Of a DNA stretch of 64,000 nt, positions 9,954 to 22,476 are shown one piece after another. The first letter of the stretch is position 1. Each line of letters opens with the position of its first letter. The notes under the pieces are model-generated. The model saw nothing but the letters and a program-made list of their open reading frames with translations. It searched no databases and was not told where the DNA came from. A program made the translations under genes and the position numbers. Origin of the DNA: an uncultured Candidatus Rokubacteria bacterium (lineage in GTDB: Bacteria > Methylomirabilota > Methylomirabilia > Rokubacteriales > CSP1-6); the NCBI GenBank assembly GCA_963789955.1, contig CAWBMV010000006.1:442265-506264 (forward strand). Direction: 5' to 3'.

Positions 9954-10606
9954 GCCGAAAAACGAGCTCGAGCGAAGGAACGGGCGTGCGGAGCCACGCC
10001 GCGTCTGTGTCAGGCCACCCTCGGCCCAAGCCGGCCTCACGGACCTCGCTACAACAGTCCTCGCTACAACCATCCCGACAGATTAGATCGACGACCGTGG
10101 TCGCGGTGCGACATCGCGGCCAGGTGGCGGTCGCCGGTGACGGTCAGGTCTCCATCGGCAACACCATCGTCAAGGCCGGCGCCCGCAAGGTGCGAAAGCT
10201 CTACGGCGATCGGGTCGTGGCCGGGTTCGCGGGAGCGGCCGCCGACGCGTTCACGCTCTTCGCGCGATTCGAGGCCAAGCTGGAAGAGCACCGCGGCAAC
10301 CTGTCGCGCGCCGCGGTCGAGCTCGCCAAGGACTGGCGCTCCGATCGCGTGCTGCGCCGGCTCGAGGCGCTCCTGGCGGTGGCCGATCGCGAGCACTCGT
10401 TCATCGTCTCCGGAACCGGCGACGTCATCGAGCCCGACGACGGCCTGATCGGCATCGGCTCGGGCGGCCCGTTCGCGCTGGCCGCCGCGCGCGCGCTGAT
10501 CGCCAACTCCGACCTCGACGCCAAGACGATCGCGACAGAAGCCATGCGCGTCGCCGCGACGATCTGCGTATTCACCAACGACCACGTCACGGTCGAAGTC
10601 CTGTGA
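9950..10606 (+). CDS. hslV: ATP-dependent protease subunit HslV with a repeat-derived N-terminal extension
   Basis: TTVVAV (catalytic Thr at 10091), GDGQV, GFAG..ADAFTL, IGSGG and ICVFTN; ATG overlaps the xerC stop. Confidence 0.93.
   Translation: MSRKTSSSEGTGVRSHAASVSGHPRPKPASRTSLQQSSLQPSRQIRSTTVVAVRHRGQVAVAGDGQVSIGNTIVKAGARKVRKLYGDRVVAGFAGAAADAFTLFARFEAKLEEHRGNLSRAAVELAKDWRSDRVLRRLEALLAVADREHSFIVSGTGDVIEPDDGLIGIGSGGPFALAAARALIANSDLDAKTIATEAMRVAATICVFTNDHVTVEVL
9981..10054 (+). repeat. 74-bp dispersed element, copy 2 (in frame within the hslV 5' end)
   Basis: CGGGCGTGCGGAGCCACGCCGCGTCTGTGTCAGGCCACCCTCGGCCCAAGCCGGCCTCACGGACCTCGCTACAA; CCTCGCTACAAC is duplicated at 10044-10055 and 10059-10070. 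Confidence 0.9.
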
Positions 10607-10713
10607 CGCCGAGCCACGCCGCATCGTCGGCAAGAACGGGCGTGCGGAGCCGGGTCGCACCGATCTCAGGCCACCCCCGGTCCAAGCCGGCCTCAAGGAC
10701 CCCGCTACAATGA
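10603..10713 (+). CDS. Putative 36-aa repeat-derived mini-ORF coupling hslV to hslU
   Basis: GTG overlaps the hslV stop (GTGA) and TGA overlaps the hslU start (ATGA); [36 protein letters not shown]. Confidence 0.4.
   Translation: MTPSHAASSARTGVRSRVAPISGHPRSKPASRTPLQ
10637..10710 (+). repeat. 74-bp dispersed element, copy 3 (hslV-hslU junction)
   Basis: CGGGCGTGCGGAGCCGGGTCGCACCGATCTCAGGCCACCCCCGGTCCAAGCCGGCCTCAAGGACCCCGCTACAA; its last A is the A of the hslU ATG. Confidence 0.9.
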
Positions 10714-12065
10714 CCGATTTAACCCTCACCCCCGCGCAGATCGTCGCCGAGCTCGATCGCTACATCGTCGGCCAGCAGAAAGCGAAGCGCGCGGTCGCCA
10801 TCGCGCTCCGCAATCGGTGGCGGCGGCAGAACGTCCCGCCCGAGCTGCGCGACGAGGTGGCGCCCAAGAACATCATCATGATCGGCCCGACCGGCGTCGG
10901 GAAGACCGAGGTCGCGCGGCGACTGGCCAAGCTCTCGCAAGCGCCGTTCTTGAAGGTCGAAGCCTCCAAGTACACCGAGGTCGGCTACGTCGGGCGCGAC
11001 GTCGAGTCGATGATCCGAGACCTGACCGAGCTGTCGGTGAACATGGTCAAGGCGGAGATGACGGCCCGCGTGCAGGAGCGGGCGGAGCAGCTTGCGGAAG
11101 ATCGCCTGCTCGACGTGCTGCTGCCGCGCCGGACCGAGCCGTACTCGTCGAGCTCGCTCGAGGAGGTCACGCCCGACGCCTCGCGCGAGACGACCAAGGA
11201 CAAGCTCCGCCAGCAGCTCCGAGCCGGAAAGCTGGACGACCGGCTCGTCGAGCTGGAGATGCAGCAGCAATCGCTGCCGATGATCGAGGTCCTGTCCGGC
11301 CAGGGCATGGAGGAGATGGGCATCAACCTCAAGGACATGCTCTCGAACATCATGCCGAGCCGGACCAAGCGCCGGAAGGTGCGCGTGGCCGAGGCGCGGC
11401 GGCTCCTGACTCAGGAGGAAGCCCAGAAGCTCGTGGACATGGACGAGGCGGTGTCCCAGGCCATCCGGCGGGCCGAGAACTCGGGCATCATCTTCCTGGA
11501 CGAGCTCGACAAGGTCGCCGGGCGGGAAGGGGGCCACGGCCCGGACGTCAGTCGGGAGGGGGTCCAGCGCGACCTGCTGCCGATCGTCGAGGGCTCGTCG
11601 GTCACGACCAAGTACGGGGTCGTCCGCACGGATCACATCCTGTTCATCGCCGCCGGCGCGTTCCACGTCGCCAAGCCGTCGGACCTGATCCCGGAGCTCC
11701 AGGGCCGCTTTCCGATCCGCGTCGAGCTGGACCCCTTGACGCGGGACGATTTCGTCCGCATTCTTACCGAGCCTCGCAACGCGTTGATCACGCAGTACGT
11801 CGAGCTCTTGAAGACGGAACAGGTGACCCTCCGGTTCGCCCCGGAGGCGGTGGAGGCGATCGCGGAGATCGCGATGCAGGTGAACACGAGCACGGAGAAC
11901 ATCGGCGCCCGGCGCCTCTATACGGTGATGGAAAAGCTCCTCGAGCAGATCTCGTTCGATGCGCCGGATCTTCCCGGCAAGGAGCTGACCATCGACGCCG
12001 CGTACGTGCACGACCGCCTGAGCGACATCACGCGGGACCAGGACCTGTCGAGGTTCATTCTGTGA
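10710..12065 (+). CDS. hslU: ATP-dependent protease ATPase subunit HslU
   Basis: [45 protein letters not shown] and ENIGARRL. Confidence 0.97.
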   Translation: MTDLTLTPAQIVAELDRYIVGQQKAKRAVAIALRNRWRRQNVPPELRDEVAPKNIIMIGPTGVGKTEVARRLAKLSQAPFLKVEASKYTEVGYVGRDVESMIRDLTELSVNMVKAEMTARVQERAEQLAEDRLLDVLLPRRTEPYSSSSLEEVTPDASRETTKDKLRQQLRAGKLDDRLVELEMQQQSLPMIEVLSGQGMEEMGINLKDMLSNIMPSRTKRRKVRVAEARRLLTQEEAQKLVDMDEAVSQAIRRAENSGIIFLDELDKVAGREGGHGPDVSREGVQRDLLPIVEGSSVTTKYGVVRTDHILFIAAGAFHVAKPSDLIPELQGRFPIRVELDPLTRDDFVRILTEPRNALITQYVELLKTEQVTLRFAPEAVEAIAEIAMQVNTSTENIGARRLYTVMEKLLEQISFDAPDLPGKELTIDAAYVHDRLSDITRDQDLSRFIL

Positions 12066-12937
12066 GCACGCCGGTGATAGATCCGCGGCGCGTCGAGATC
12101 CTGCTCGAGGCCCTGCCGTATATCCGCGAGTTCCGCGGAAAGACCATCGTCATCAAGTACGGCGGCGCGGCGATGGAGCGGGCCGACCTCAAGGATCCGT
12201 TCGCGCTGGACGTGATCCTCCTGCGCCTGGTCGGGATCAATCCCGTCATCGTCCACGGCGGTGGCCCGCAGATCGGGGCCCTGATGAAGCGGCTGGGCAA
12301 GGAGCCGCGCTTCGTGGGCGGCATGCGCGTGACCGATCAGGAGACGGTGGAGATCGTCGAGATGGTGCTGGTCGGCAAGATCAACAAGGAGATCGTCGGC
12401 CGCATCAATCACAACGGGGGCAAGGCGATCGGCCTTTCGGGCAAGGACGCCGGCCTCCTCCGGGCGCGCCGGCGACCGCATCGGCTGCCGACCGGCGAAG
12501 AGGTCGACATCGGGCTCGTCGGCGAGGTCGAGGCCGTCAACGCCGAGGCCATCCGGCTCCTCACGGACAACGGCATCATCCCGGTCATCGCGCCGGTCGG
12601 CGTGGGGAGCGGTGGGGAGACGTACAACATCAACGCAGATCTCGTCGCCGGCGACATCGCGTCGGCTCTGCGCGCCGAGAAGCTGATTCACCTCACCGAC
12701 GTCCAGGGGATCCTCGACGTCGACCGCCGGCTGGTCAGCACCCTGACCCGGAAGGACGCGGAGCGACTTATAAAGGAAGGCGTGATCGACGGCGGCATGC
12801 TGCCGAAGGTCGAGTCGTCGCTCCGGGCCCTGGAGGGCGGTAGCGGTAAGGCCCACATCATCGACGGCAGCCAGGAACACGCGATCCTGCTCGAGCTGTT
12901 CACCCGTGAAGGTATCGGAACGGAAATCGTTCTGTGA
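12062..12937 (+). CDS. argB: Acetylglutamate kinase
   Basis: [26 protein letters not shown] and GGMLPK. Confidence 0.95.
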   Translation: MSTPVIDPRRVEILLEALPYIREFRGKTIVIKYGGAAMERADLKDPFALDVILLRLVGINPVIVHGGGPQIGALMKRLGKEPRFVGGMRVTDQETVEIVEMVLVGKINKEIVGRINHNGGKAIGLSGKDAGLLRARRRPHRLPTGEEVDIGLVGEVEAVNAEAIRLLTDNGIIPVIAPVGVGSGGETYNINADLVAGDIASALRAEKLIHLTDVQGILDVDRRLVSTLTRKDAERLIKEGVIDGGMLPKVESSLRALEGGSGKAHIIDGSQEHAILLELFTREGIGTEIVL

Positions 12938-12948
12938 GGTCGACGGCG

Positions 12949-14142
<1,194 letters not shown>

Positions 14143-14144
14143 CG

Positions 14145-15057
14145 ATGCGGCATTTCCTGTCAGCCGCCGACCTGACGCGCGACGTCGCGCTGGGGCTCTT
14201 CGACCTCGCCGCCGATCTGAAGCAGCGGCGCAAGGCGGGTCGGCTCTCGGCGCCGCTGGCCGGCAAGACGGGCGCGCTGATCTTCGAGAAACCCTCGCTC
14301 AGGACGCGCGTGACGTTCGAGGTCGGCCTGATCCAGCTCGGCGGGCGCGCCGTGCACCTGGTCGGCCGCGAGATCGGCCTGGGGACACGCGAATCGGTGC
14401 CCGACGTCGCGCGCAACTTGTCGCTGTGGGTCGACGGCATCATGGCGCGGGTGTATTCGCACTCGACGATCACCGAGCTCGCTCGACACGCGTCGGTCCC
14501 GGTGATCAACGGACTCTCGGATCGCGAGCACCCCTGTCAGGCGCTGGCCGACTTCTTCACCTTGTGGGAGCGCGGCGTCGACTTCGCCACGGTGCGGATC
14601 GCGTGGATCGGCGACGGCAACAACGTCTGCCACTCCGTGATGCTCCTCGGCGCGCTCCTCGGCGCCTCGATCGTCGTCGCGTGCCCTCCCGGGTACGAGC
14701 CGGACGCCGGCGTCGTGACCACCGCGCGCCGGCTCGGCGGCCGGATCGACGTCACCGAAGACGCGCGGGCCGCGGCGACCGGCGCCGACGTGATCTACAC
14801 GGACGTGTGGACGAGCATGGGGCAGGAGGCCGAGCACGAGCAGCGGCTCGAGGCCTTCAGCCGCTATCAGATCAACGACACCCTGGTCGGATTCGCCAAG
14901 TCCTCGGCCCTCGTCATGCACTGCCTGCCGGCCCATCGCGGCGAAGAGATCACGGACAGCGTGCTCGACAGCAAGCGGTCCATCGTCCTGGATCAGGCCG
15001 AGAACCGGCTCCATGCGCAGAAAGCCGTGCTGCTCCATCTCCTGGGAGGCTCGCTCG

Positions 15058-15068
<11 letters not shown>
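14145..15068 (+). CDS. argF: Ornithine carbamoyltransferase
   Basis: [24 protein letters not shown] and [11 protein letters not shown]. Confidence 0.95.
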
Positions 15069-16266
<1,198 letters not shown>

Positions 16267-16269
16267 CCC

Positions 16270-17002
16270 GTGCGGATCGACGTTGCGCCGACCGCTGATG
16301 CGGTGGTCCCTTCCGATCTCTCCGGTGTCACGGCGCTGGTGATCGACGTGCTGCGCGCCTCGACGACGATCATCACGGCGCTCGCGAACGGCTGCGACGC
16401 GATCGTCCCGGTCGCCGAGCCGCTCGAGGCCCGGCGCCGAGCGCTGGCGATGCCGAACGGTGGCGCGCTGGCCGCCGGCGAGCGCCAGGGCGAGCCGATC
16501 CCCGGCTTCGACTTCAGCAATTCGCCCGTGGAATTCGAGAGCCCGCGCGTCCGCGGCATGACGGTGTACTTCACGACGAGCAACGGCACGCGCGCGCTCC
16601 TGGCCGCGAGGGCCGCGCACGCGATCGGCGTCGCGGCGCTCGTCAACGTCTCCGCCGCGGCGGCGTGGGCCGCGGACGCCGGGCGCGATGTCGCCGTCGT
16701 GTGCGCGGGCTCGCACGGCTCGCGGTCACTCGAGGATTGGACGTGCGCCGGGCTCCTGGTCGACCGCCTCCTCGCGGCAGGTTCCGGCCGCCGTGCTCAC
16801 CGACGCCGCCCGCGACGCGCTCGAGACCGGCCGCCGCTATGCCGCGGACGTGGGCCGCCTCAAGCAGGACGCGCCGTGGGCGCGCCGACTGATCGCCGCG
16901 GGGCGCGCCGACGACGTCGACGCGTGCCTGCGTCTGGACACGACGAAGCTCGTGCCGCGGTACGTCCCGAACGTTGACAAGATCGTGGGCGACCACCGAT
17001 AA
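16270..17002 (+). CDS. comB: 2-phosphosulfolactate phosphatase family protein, frameshift near 16780
   Basis: VIDVLRASTTI, GERQG..IPGFDFSNSP, TTSNGT and SLEDW.CAG; C-terminus DDVDACL in shifted frame. Confidence 0.85.
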
Positions 17003-17039
17003 TGACCATGCTGATTCGTTCCGGCGACGGAGCACGACC

Positions 17040-17609
17040 GTGAACTTGCCGATCGGCCTCACGCTGACTCGCATTGTCGCAGTGCCGCTGCTCATCGTGT
17101 TTTTGATCTCGTCGTCGCGCGTGCACGCGCTGATCGCCGCGGCGATCTTCATCCTCGCCGCCATCACCGACTGGGCGGACGGGATGCTCGCCCGACGACG
17201 CAACCAGGTGACGACGCTCGGGACCTTGCTCGATCCGATCGCCGACAAGCTTCTGGTCGCCGCCGCGCTGGTGTCGCTCCTCGCGATCGACAAGATCGAC
17301 GCGTGGATCGTCGTGGTGATCGTCGGACGCGAGCTGGCGGTGACCGGTCTGCGGGCCGTGGCCGCGTCGGTCGGCGTCATCGTGCCGGCTTCTCGTCTGG
17401 CCAAGTGGAAGACGGTGAGCCAGTACATCGCGATCACGATGTTGATCGTCGAGAAAGGGTTCGACCCGCCGGGATTCCGCGTCGCGGCGACCGCGTCCCT
17501 GTGGGCGGCGTTGGGGCTCACGATCATCTCCGCCGTCGACTACTTCTATCGCTTCTTCAGGAAGGCCGACTACCGCGCGATCGTGCCGGGCGAAGAACGC
17601 TGGTCGTGA
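17040..17609 (+). CDS. pgsA: CDP-diacylglycerol--glycerol-3-phosphate 3-phosphatidyltransferase
   Basis: TDWADGMLARR...LGTLLDPIADK CDP-alcohol phosphotransferase motif; GRELAVTGLR. Confidence 0.92.
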   Translation: MNLPIGLTLTRIVAVPLLIVFLISSSRVHALIAAAIFILAAITDWADGMLARRRNQVTTLGTLLDPIADKLLVAAALVSLLAIDKIDAWIVVVIVGRELAVTGLRAVAASVGVIVPASRLAKWKTVSQYIAITMLIVEKGFDPPGFRVAATASLWAALGLTIISAVDYFYRFFRKADYRAIVPGEERWS

Positions 17610-18217
17610 TCGCGATCCTGGCCATCGGCGCCGCTTACCTGATCGGCGCGGTGCCCATCGGCTACCTCATCGGGCGCGCGTTCGGTGTCGCCGACATCCG
17701 GCGGCACGGCAGCGGGAACATCGGCGCCACGAACGTGCTGCGGACGGCCGGCCGCCTCCCGGCGATCCTCACCCTCGCCGGCGACATCGCCAAGGGCTAC
17801 CTCGCCGTCGTGGCGGGCGCCGCGCTCGCCTCGAGCCCGTCGGGGCCCGACACCGGCGTGATGGCCGCCTCGGCGGTCGCCGCCGTCATCGGCAACTGCT
17901 GGTCGATCTTTCTCGGCTTCCGCGGCGGCAAGGGCGTGGCCACGGGACTCGGCGCGCTGCTCAAGATCGTGCCGCTCGCGGTGCTGCCGGCCGCGCTCGT
18001 GTGGCTCCTCGTGACGATCAGCTTCCGCTACGTGTCGCTCGGATCCGTCCTGGCCGCCTCGTGCGTGCCGCTCGGCGCGCTGCTTCTCGGCATGCCCGCG
18101 CCGTTCGTGATCGCCACGTTCGCCGTCGGCGCGATCATCGTCGGACGTCACCACGCGAACATCTCGCGGCTCCTGGCCGGCCACGAGCCGAAGCTCGGCC
18201 ACCGGCGGTCGGCGTGA
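17606..18217 (+). CDS. plsY: Glycerol-3-phosphate acyltransferase PlsY
   Basis: DIR.HGSGNIGATNV, FRGGKGVAT and RHHANISRL. Confidence 0.95.
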   Translation: MIAILAIGAAYLIGAVPIGYLIGRAFGVADIRRHGSGNIGATNVLRTAGRLPAILTLAGDIAKGYLAVVAGAALASSPSGPDTGVMAASAVAAVIGNCWSIFLGFRGGKGVATGLGALLKIVPLAVLPAALVWLLVTISFRYVSLGSVLAASCVPLGALLLGMPAPFVIATFAVGAIIVGRHHANISRLLAGHEPKLGHRRSA

Positions 18218-19203
18218 GCGTCGCGGTCATCGGCGGGGGCAGCTGGGGCACCGCGCTGGCGATCCACGTCGCGCGGGCGGGCTCGCCGGTGCGCCTCTGG
18301 GCGCGCGAGCGCGAGGTCGTCGACGGGATTCGCGCCCGGCGCCGGAGCCCATGGTATCTCGCCGACATCGACGTGCCGGCGGCGGTGGAGCCCACGACCG
18401 ACGTGGAGGAAGCCCTCCGCGGCGCCACCCTGGCGGTCATCGTGGTGCCGTCCGAGTTCGTGGCGACGACGCTCAAGACGCTCCCGTCCATCCCGGCCGA
18501 CGTGCCGATCCTGTCGGCGACGAAAGGCCTGGACCCCGAGCGGCACCTGCGCATGAGCGAGGTGATCGCCGAGCGTTTCCCCGACGCGCGCGTGGCCGTC
18601 CTCTCGGGCCCGACGTTCGCGCGCGAGGTGGCGCTGGCGCGCCCGACCGCCGCGGTGATCGCCACGCGCGACGACACCTTGGCGGCAGCACTCCAGCGGC
18701 GGCTCGGCACCCGCGAGTTCCGTCTCTACGCGAATCGCGACGTGATCGGCGTCGAGGTCGGCGGCGCGCTGAAGAACGTCATGGCCATCGCGACCGGGAT
18801 CGCCGACGGCCTCGGGCTCGGCGAGAACGCGCGCGCCGCGCTCGTGACGCGCGGGCTCGCCGAGATGACGCGCCTGGCGGTCGCGCTGGGCGCGATCTCC
18901 GGGACCATGGCCGGGCTGGCCGGGCTCGGCGATCTCGTGCTCACCTGCACGGGAAGCCTGTCCCGCAATCGACAGCTCGGCATGGCGCTCGCGAAAGGCG
19001 GCACCGCCGCGGCGGTCGAGCGCGAAACGCGCATGATCGCCGAGGGCGCGCGCACCGTCGTCTCCGCGCTGGCGCTGGCGCGCCGCTACTCGGTGAGCCT
19101 GCCCATCTGCCACGAGGTCGGCGCGGTCCTCTTCGACGGCAAGCCGCCGGCGGACGCGCTGGTCTCGCTCCTCGAGCGGCCCCTGAAGCGGGAGGACCGC
19201 TAG
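18214..19203 (+). CDS. gpsA: NAD(P)H-dependent glycerol-3-phosphate dehydrogenase
   Basis: [27 protein letters not shown] and [12 protein letters not shown]. Confidence 0.95.
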   Translation: MSVAVIGGGSWGTALAIHVARAGSPVRLWAREREVVDGIRARRRSPWYLADIDVPAAVEPTTDVEEALRGATLAVIVVPSEFVATTLKTLPSIPADVPILSATKGLDPERHLRMSEVIAERFPDARVAVLSGPTFAREVALARPTAAVIATRDDTLAAALQRRLGTREFRLYANRDVIGVEVGGALKNVMAIATGIADGLGLGENARAALVTRGLAEMTRLAVALGAISGTMAGLAGLGDLVLTCTGSLSRNRQLGMALAKGGTAAAVERETRMIAEGARTVVSALALARRYSVSLPICHEVGAVLFDGKPPADALVSLLERPLKREDR

Positions 19204-19207
19204 CGCG

Positions 19208-20207
19208 ATGCCGGAGCTGCGCAAGGATCCGGTCGTCGGCCGCTGGGTCATCATCTCGACCGAACGCGCGCGGCGCCCATCCGACTTCGCCGCCGAGCCG
19301 GTGCGTCCGCGCCAGACCGACGTGCGCATTCTGCGAAGGCCACGAGCACCAGACGCCGCCGGAGATTCTCGCGGGCCGCCCGCCCGACGGTCGGCCGAAC
19401 GGGCCGGGCTGGACCTATCGCGTCGTGCCGAACAAATATCCGGCGCTCCGGATCGAGGGCGAGCTGGAGCCCGCGGGCGAAGGCCTCTTCGACCGGATGA
19501 ACGGCGTCGGCGCGCACGAGGTCGTCATCGAGACGCCGCAGCACGGCGCGTCGCTCGCCGGGCTCTCGGTCGACGCGGTCGCCGACGTGCTCTTCGCGTT
19601 CCGCGAGCGCATGCTCGATCTGAAGAAGGATCCGCGGTTCGCCTACGTCCTCGTGTTCAAGAATCACGGCGAGGCCGCCGGCGCCTCGCTGGAGCATCCG
19701 CACTCGCAGCTCATCGCCACGCCGATCATCCCGATCATGGTGTCCGAGGAGCTCGCGGGCTCGGCCCAGTACTACGACCTGAAGGAGCGCTGTGTCTGGT
19801 GTGACATGGTTCGCCAGGAGCGGCGGGGCAGGGGGCGGCTGATCGTCGAGTCCCAGGATTTCGCGGCGCTGGCGCCGTTCGCGCCGCGGTTTCCGTTCGA
19901 GACGTGGATACTCCCCACGCATCATCGGGCCGCGTTCGAAGAATCGACCGAAGAGGAGCTGCGCGGAGCGGCGGCGATCCTCGGCGAGGTGCTTCGCCGG
20001 ATGGACCGCGTGCTCGGCGAGCCGGCGTTCAACTTCATGCTGCACACGGCGCCGTTCCGCGAGGCGCAGCTGGAATCGTTTCACTGGCATCTCGAGGTGA
20101 TTCCGAAGCTCACGCGGGTCGCCGGCTTCGAGTGGGGCAGCGGCTTCTTCATCAACCCGGTACCTCCCGAGGATGCGGCCGACGCTCTGCGGGCGGGCCC
20201 GGGCTGA
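19208..20207 (+). CDS. galT: Galactose-1-phosphate uridylyltransferase family (GalT), frameshift near 19320
   Basis: [34 protein letters not shown] and AGFEWGSG. Confidence 0.88.
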
Positions 20208-20232
20208 TCGTGATAACATCGGCGGCTGTGGC

Positions 20233-20307
<75 letters not shown>

Positions 20308-20341
20308 GTCTTTTTTCGCTTCGACCGGCTCCCATCATCGG

Positions 20342-20417
20342 GGCGGCGTAGCCAAGTGGCTAAGGCGGAGGTCTGCAAAACCTCTACTCAGCGGTTCGAA
20401 TCCGCTCGCCGCCTCCA
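20342..20417 (+). tRNA. tRNA-Cys (GCA)
   Basis: GGCGGCG/CGCCGCC acceptor stem, GAGGT-CTGCAAA-ACCTC anticodon arm, T-arm, U73-CCA. Confidence 0.96.
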
Positions 20418-20465
20418 TGTCTCCGACGCGCTCACCAGCATCTTGAGGATTCGCGGAGAGTCTTC

Positions 20466-20837
20466 ATGGCCGAATTGATCAAGCGGGTCGGTCCGCCCAA
20501 GGCCACCGACCTCAAGGCTGATGAGTTCACGTGGTCCATCCAGCTCAGCGCCGCGCCGTCGCGCGAATGGTCGCGACTCTTCTCCGAGCCCGCCGAGTCG
20601 ACGGTGCTCTGTCATCCGCGGCGGCTCGGCATGATGCATCAGGCGCTCGTCTTCAAATCCGACGAGGGCCACCTGCCGACCTGGGTCCAGTACATCGACA
20701 AGTGGATCGGCGGCGCGAACAAGGGCATGGAGGAGCAAGAAGAAGCCGAGCGCCAGCGCAAGGTGAAGGCGCTCGCCGAAGAGGAAGAGCGGCAGAAGCG
20801 CATCCGCGAGGTGAACGAGAAGGTCAAGAATCTCTGA
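20466..20837 (+). CDS. Hypothetical protein with a charged C-terminal coiled coil
   Basis: GGAGA RBS, host-like GC3 codon usage, 123 aa; no recognised family. Confidence 0.75.
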   Translation: MAELIKRVGPPKATDLKADEFTWSIQLSAAPSREWSRLFSEPAESTVLCHPRRLGMMHQALVFKSDEGHLPTWVQYIDKWIGGANKGMEEQEEAERQRKVKALAEEEERQKRIREVNEKVKNL

Positions 20838-20852
20838 GCCCGTCGGTCGACC

Positions 20853-20939
20853 GGGGGCGTGGTGGAACTGGGATACACAGAAGACTTAAAATCTTCTGTC
20901 CGCAAGGACTTGCAGGTTCGAATCCTGCCGCCCCTACCA
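20853..20939 (+). tRNA. tRNA-Leu (TAA)
   Basis: GAAGA-CTTAAAA-TCTTC anticodon arm, long variable arm GTCC-GCAA-GGAC, GGTTCGAATCC, A73-CCA. Confidence 0.95.
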
Positions 20940-21568
20940 CCACCGATTCGGTCACCCGCGGACATCGACGTCGAGCAGCGAGCTCCTACAGCTATCTGTT
21001 CGGCGTCTACCTCGGCGACGGCTACATCAGCCGCACCCCTCGGACATATCGCCTCGAAATCTCGCTCCATACGTCGGCCAGGAGCTCGCGATTGCACGTG
21101 TCGCGGGTGCCGTCAGCGCACTTCGGCCCGACCGGCCCGTCGGATTCCGGCGCCGCGGGGTTGTCACGGTCGTCAACGCGTACTGGAACACCTGGCCGCA
21201 TACTGTTTCCGCAGCACGGTGCCGGACGAAAGCATCATCGACCGATCGTCTTGACGCCCTGGCAGCGCCGTATCGTGGAGCAACATCCGGTCGAGTTCGT
21301 TCGGGGATGCATCGACTCGGACGGCTGCAGACACCGACGCATCGTAGCTGGGCGAAGGACTATCCTGCTTGACTCATTCGATCGAGCGAATCATTCGCTC
21401 GACATCCTGGAGGTGTTCATCTGGGCCTGCGGCCTGATCGGGCTGCGACCGCGGCGCGCCAATCGGGTCACCGTTTCGCTGGCGCGGCGCAGCGATGTCG
21501 CGACGCTCGACCATCTCTTCGGGTCAGCCGATGGGCTCGAGTCGCATCCAAGCCTAGCCCGCTCATAA
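20940..21568 (+). CDS. LAGLIDADG-like endonuclease-fold protein, frameshifted or degenerate, start unclear
   Basis: Two LAGLIDADG-like helices YLFGVYLGDGYI and FVRGCIDSDGC, plus LFPQHGAGRKH.RPI.L.PWQ and NHSLDI; several apparent indels. Confidence 0.65.
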
Positions 21569-21589
21569 CACCGTGATATCCTTCGTTCT

Positions 21590-22396
21590 GTGCTGCCCCT
21601 CGTCATGAGCTCGCCTGGCGCGATCGCGTTCCAGGTCGGTCCGATCGTCATCCGCTGGTACGGCATCCTCATGGCCACCGCGATCGTCGTGGGGCTCTGG
21701 CTCGGCTATCGTCAGGCCAAGCGCGACGGTCTTCCGGCCGACGACATCATCAGCGCCGGGCAATGGGCGATCCTGGCGGGTCTCGCCGGCGCGCGGATCT
21801 ACGAGGTCATCTTCAACTGGGACTACTACGGCCGCTATCCGTCGAAGATCATCGCGGTGTGGGAAGGCGGCCTCGCCATGCACGGCGGCCTCATCGTCGG
21901 GCCGCTCGTCGGTGCGTACCTCGCGTACAAGTGGCGGCTGCCCATCTTGAAGGGGCTCGACATCGCGGCGCCGTCGATGGTGCTCGGGCAGGCCATCGGT
22001 CGCTGGGGAAACTTCTTCAACGAGGAAGCGTTCGGGCGGCCGACCGATCTGCCGTGGAAGCTCTACATCTCGCCCGAGCATCGCCCGCTCGGATATGCCC
22101 AGTTCGAGTACTTCCATCCGACGTTCCTGTACGAGTCGCTGTGGGACTTGGCGGTCTTCCTCCTGCTCGTGGGAGTGCTGCGCTCGAGGCTCAAGACGCG
22201 CCCGGGTGCCCTGTTCTTCGCCTACGTCGGTCTCTATTCGATCGGGCGGTTCGCGATCGAGGCCCTCAGGCTGGACAGCTTCTGGCTCGGCTCGGTCCGC
22301 GTCCCGCAGCTCGCGAGCCTCGTCGGCGTGCTCGTCGCGCTCGCGGGCATGGCCTGGGCGAACCGCCGCGCCAGCGCATCGCCCGCCACCACCTGA
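21590..22396 (+). CDS. lgt: Prolipoprotein diacylglyceryl transferase
   Basis: IRWYG, WEGGLAMHGG, GQAIGRWGNFFNEEAFGRPT and HPTFLYES. Confidence 0.95.
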   Translation: MLPLVMSSPGAIAFQVGPIVIRWYGILMATAIVVGLWLGYRQAKRDGLPADDIISAGQWAILAGLAGARIYEVIFNWDYYGRYPSKIIAVWEGGLAMHGGLIVGPLVGAYLAYKWRLPILKGLDIAAPSMVLGQAIGRWGNFFNEEAFGRPTDLPWKLYISPEHRPLGYAQFEYFHPTFLYESLWDLAVFLLLVGVLRSRLKTRPGALFFAYVGLYSIGRFAIEALRLDSFWLGSVRVPQLASLVGVLVALAGMAWANRRASASPATT

Positions 22397-22476
22397 GCGC
22401 GACGTCGGCGCTGCAGGCCGTCGCGGGGCTGGGGCCCCGTCGGCCGAGGCGCGATTCTAAGTCAGGAGAGGCTGCT

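Noticed and set aside
9981..10710. Repeat copies as a CRISPR array
   Set aside because: 74 bp long, dispersed and separated by whole genes; no spacers or cas genes
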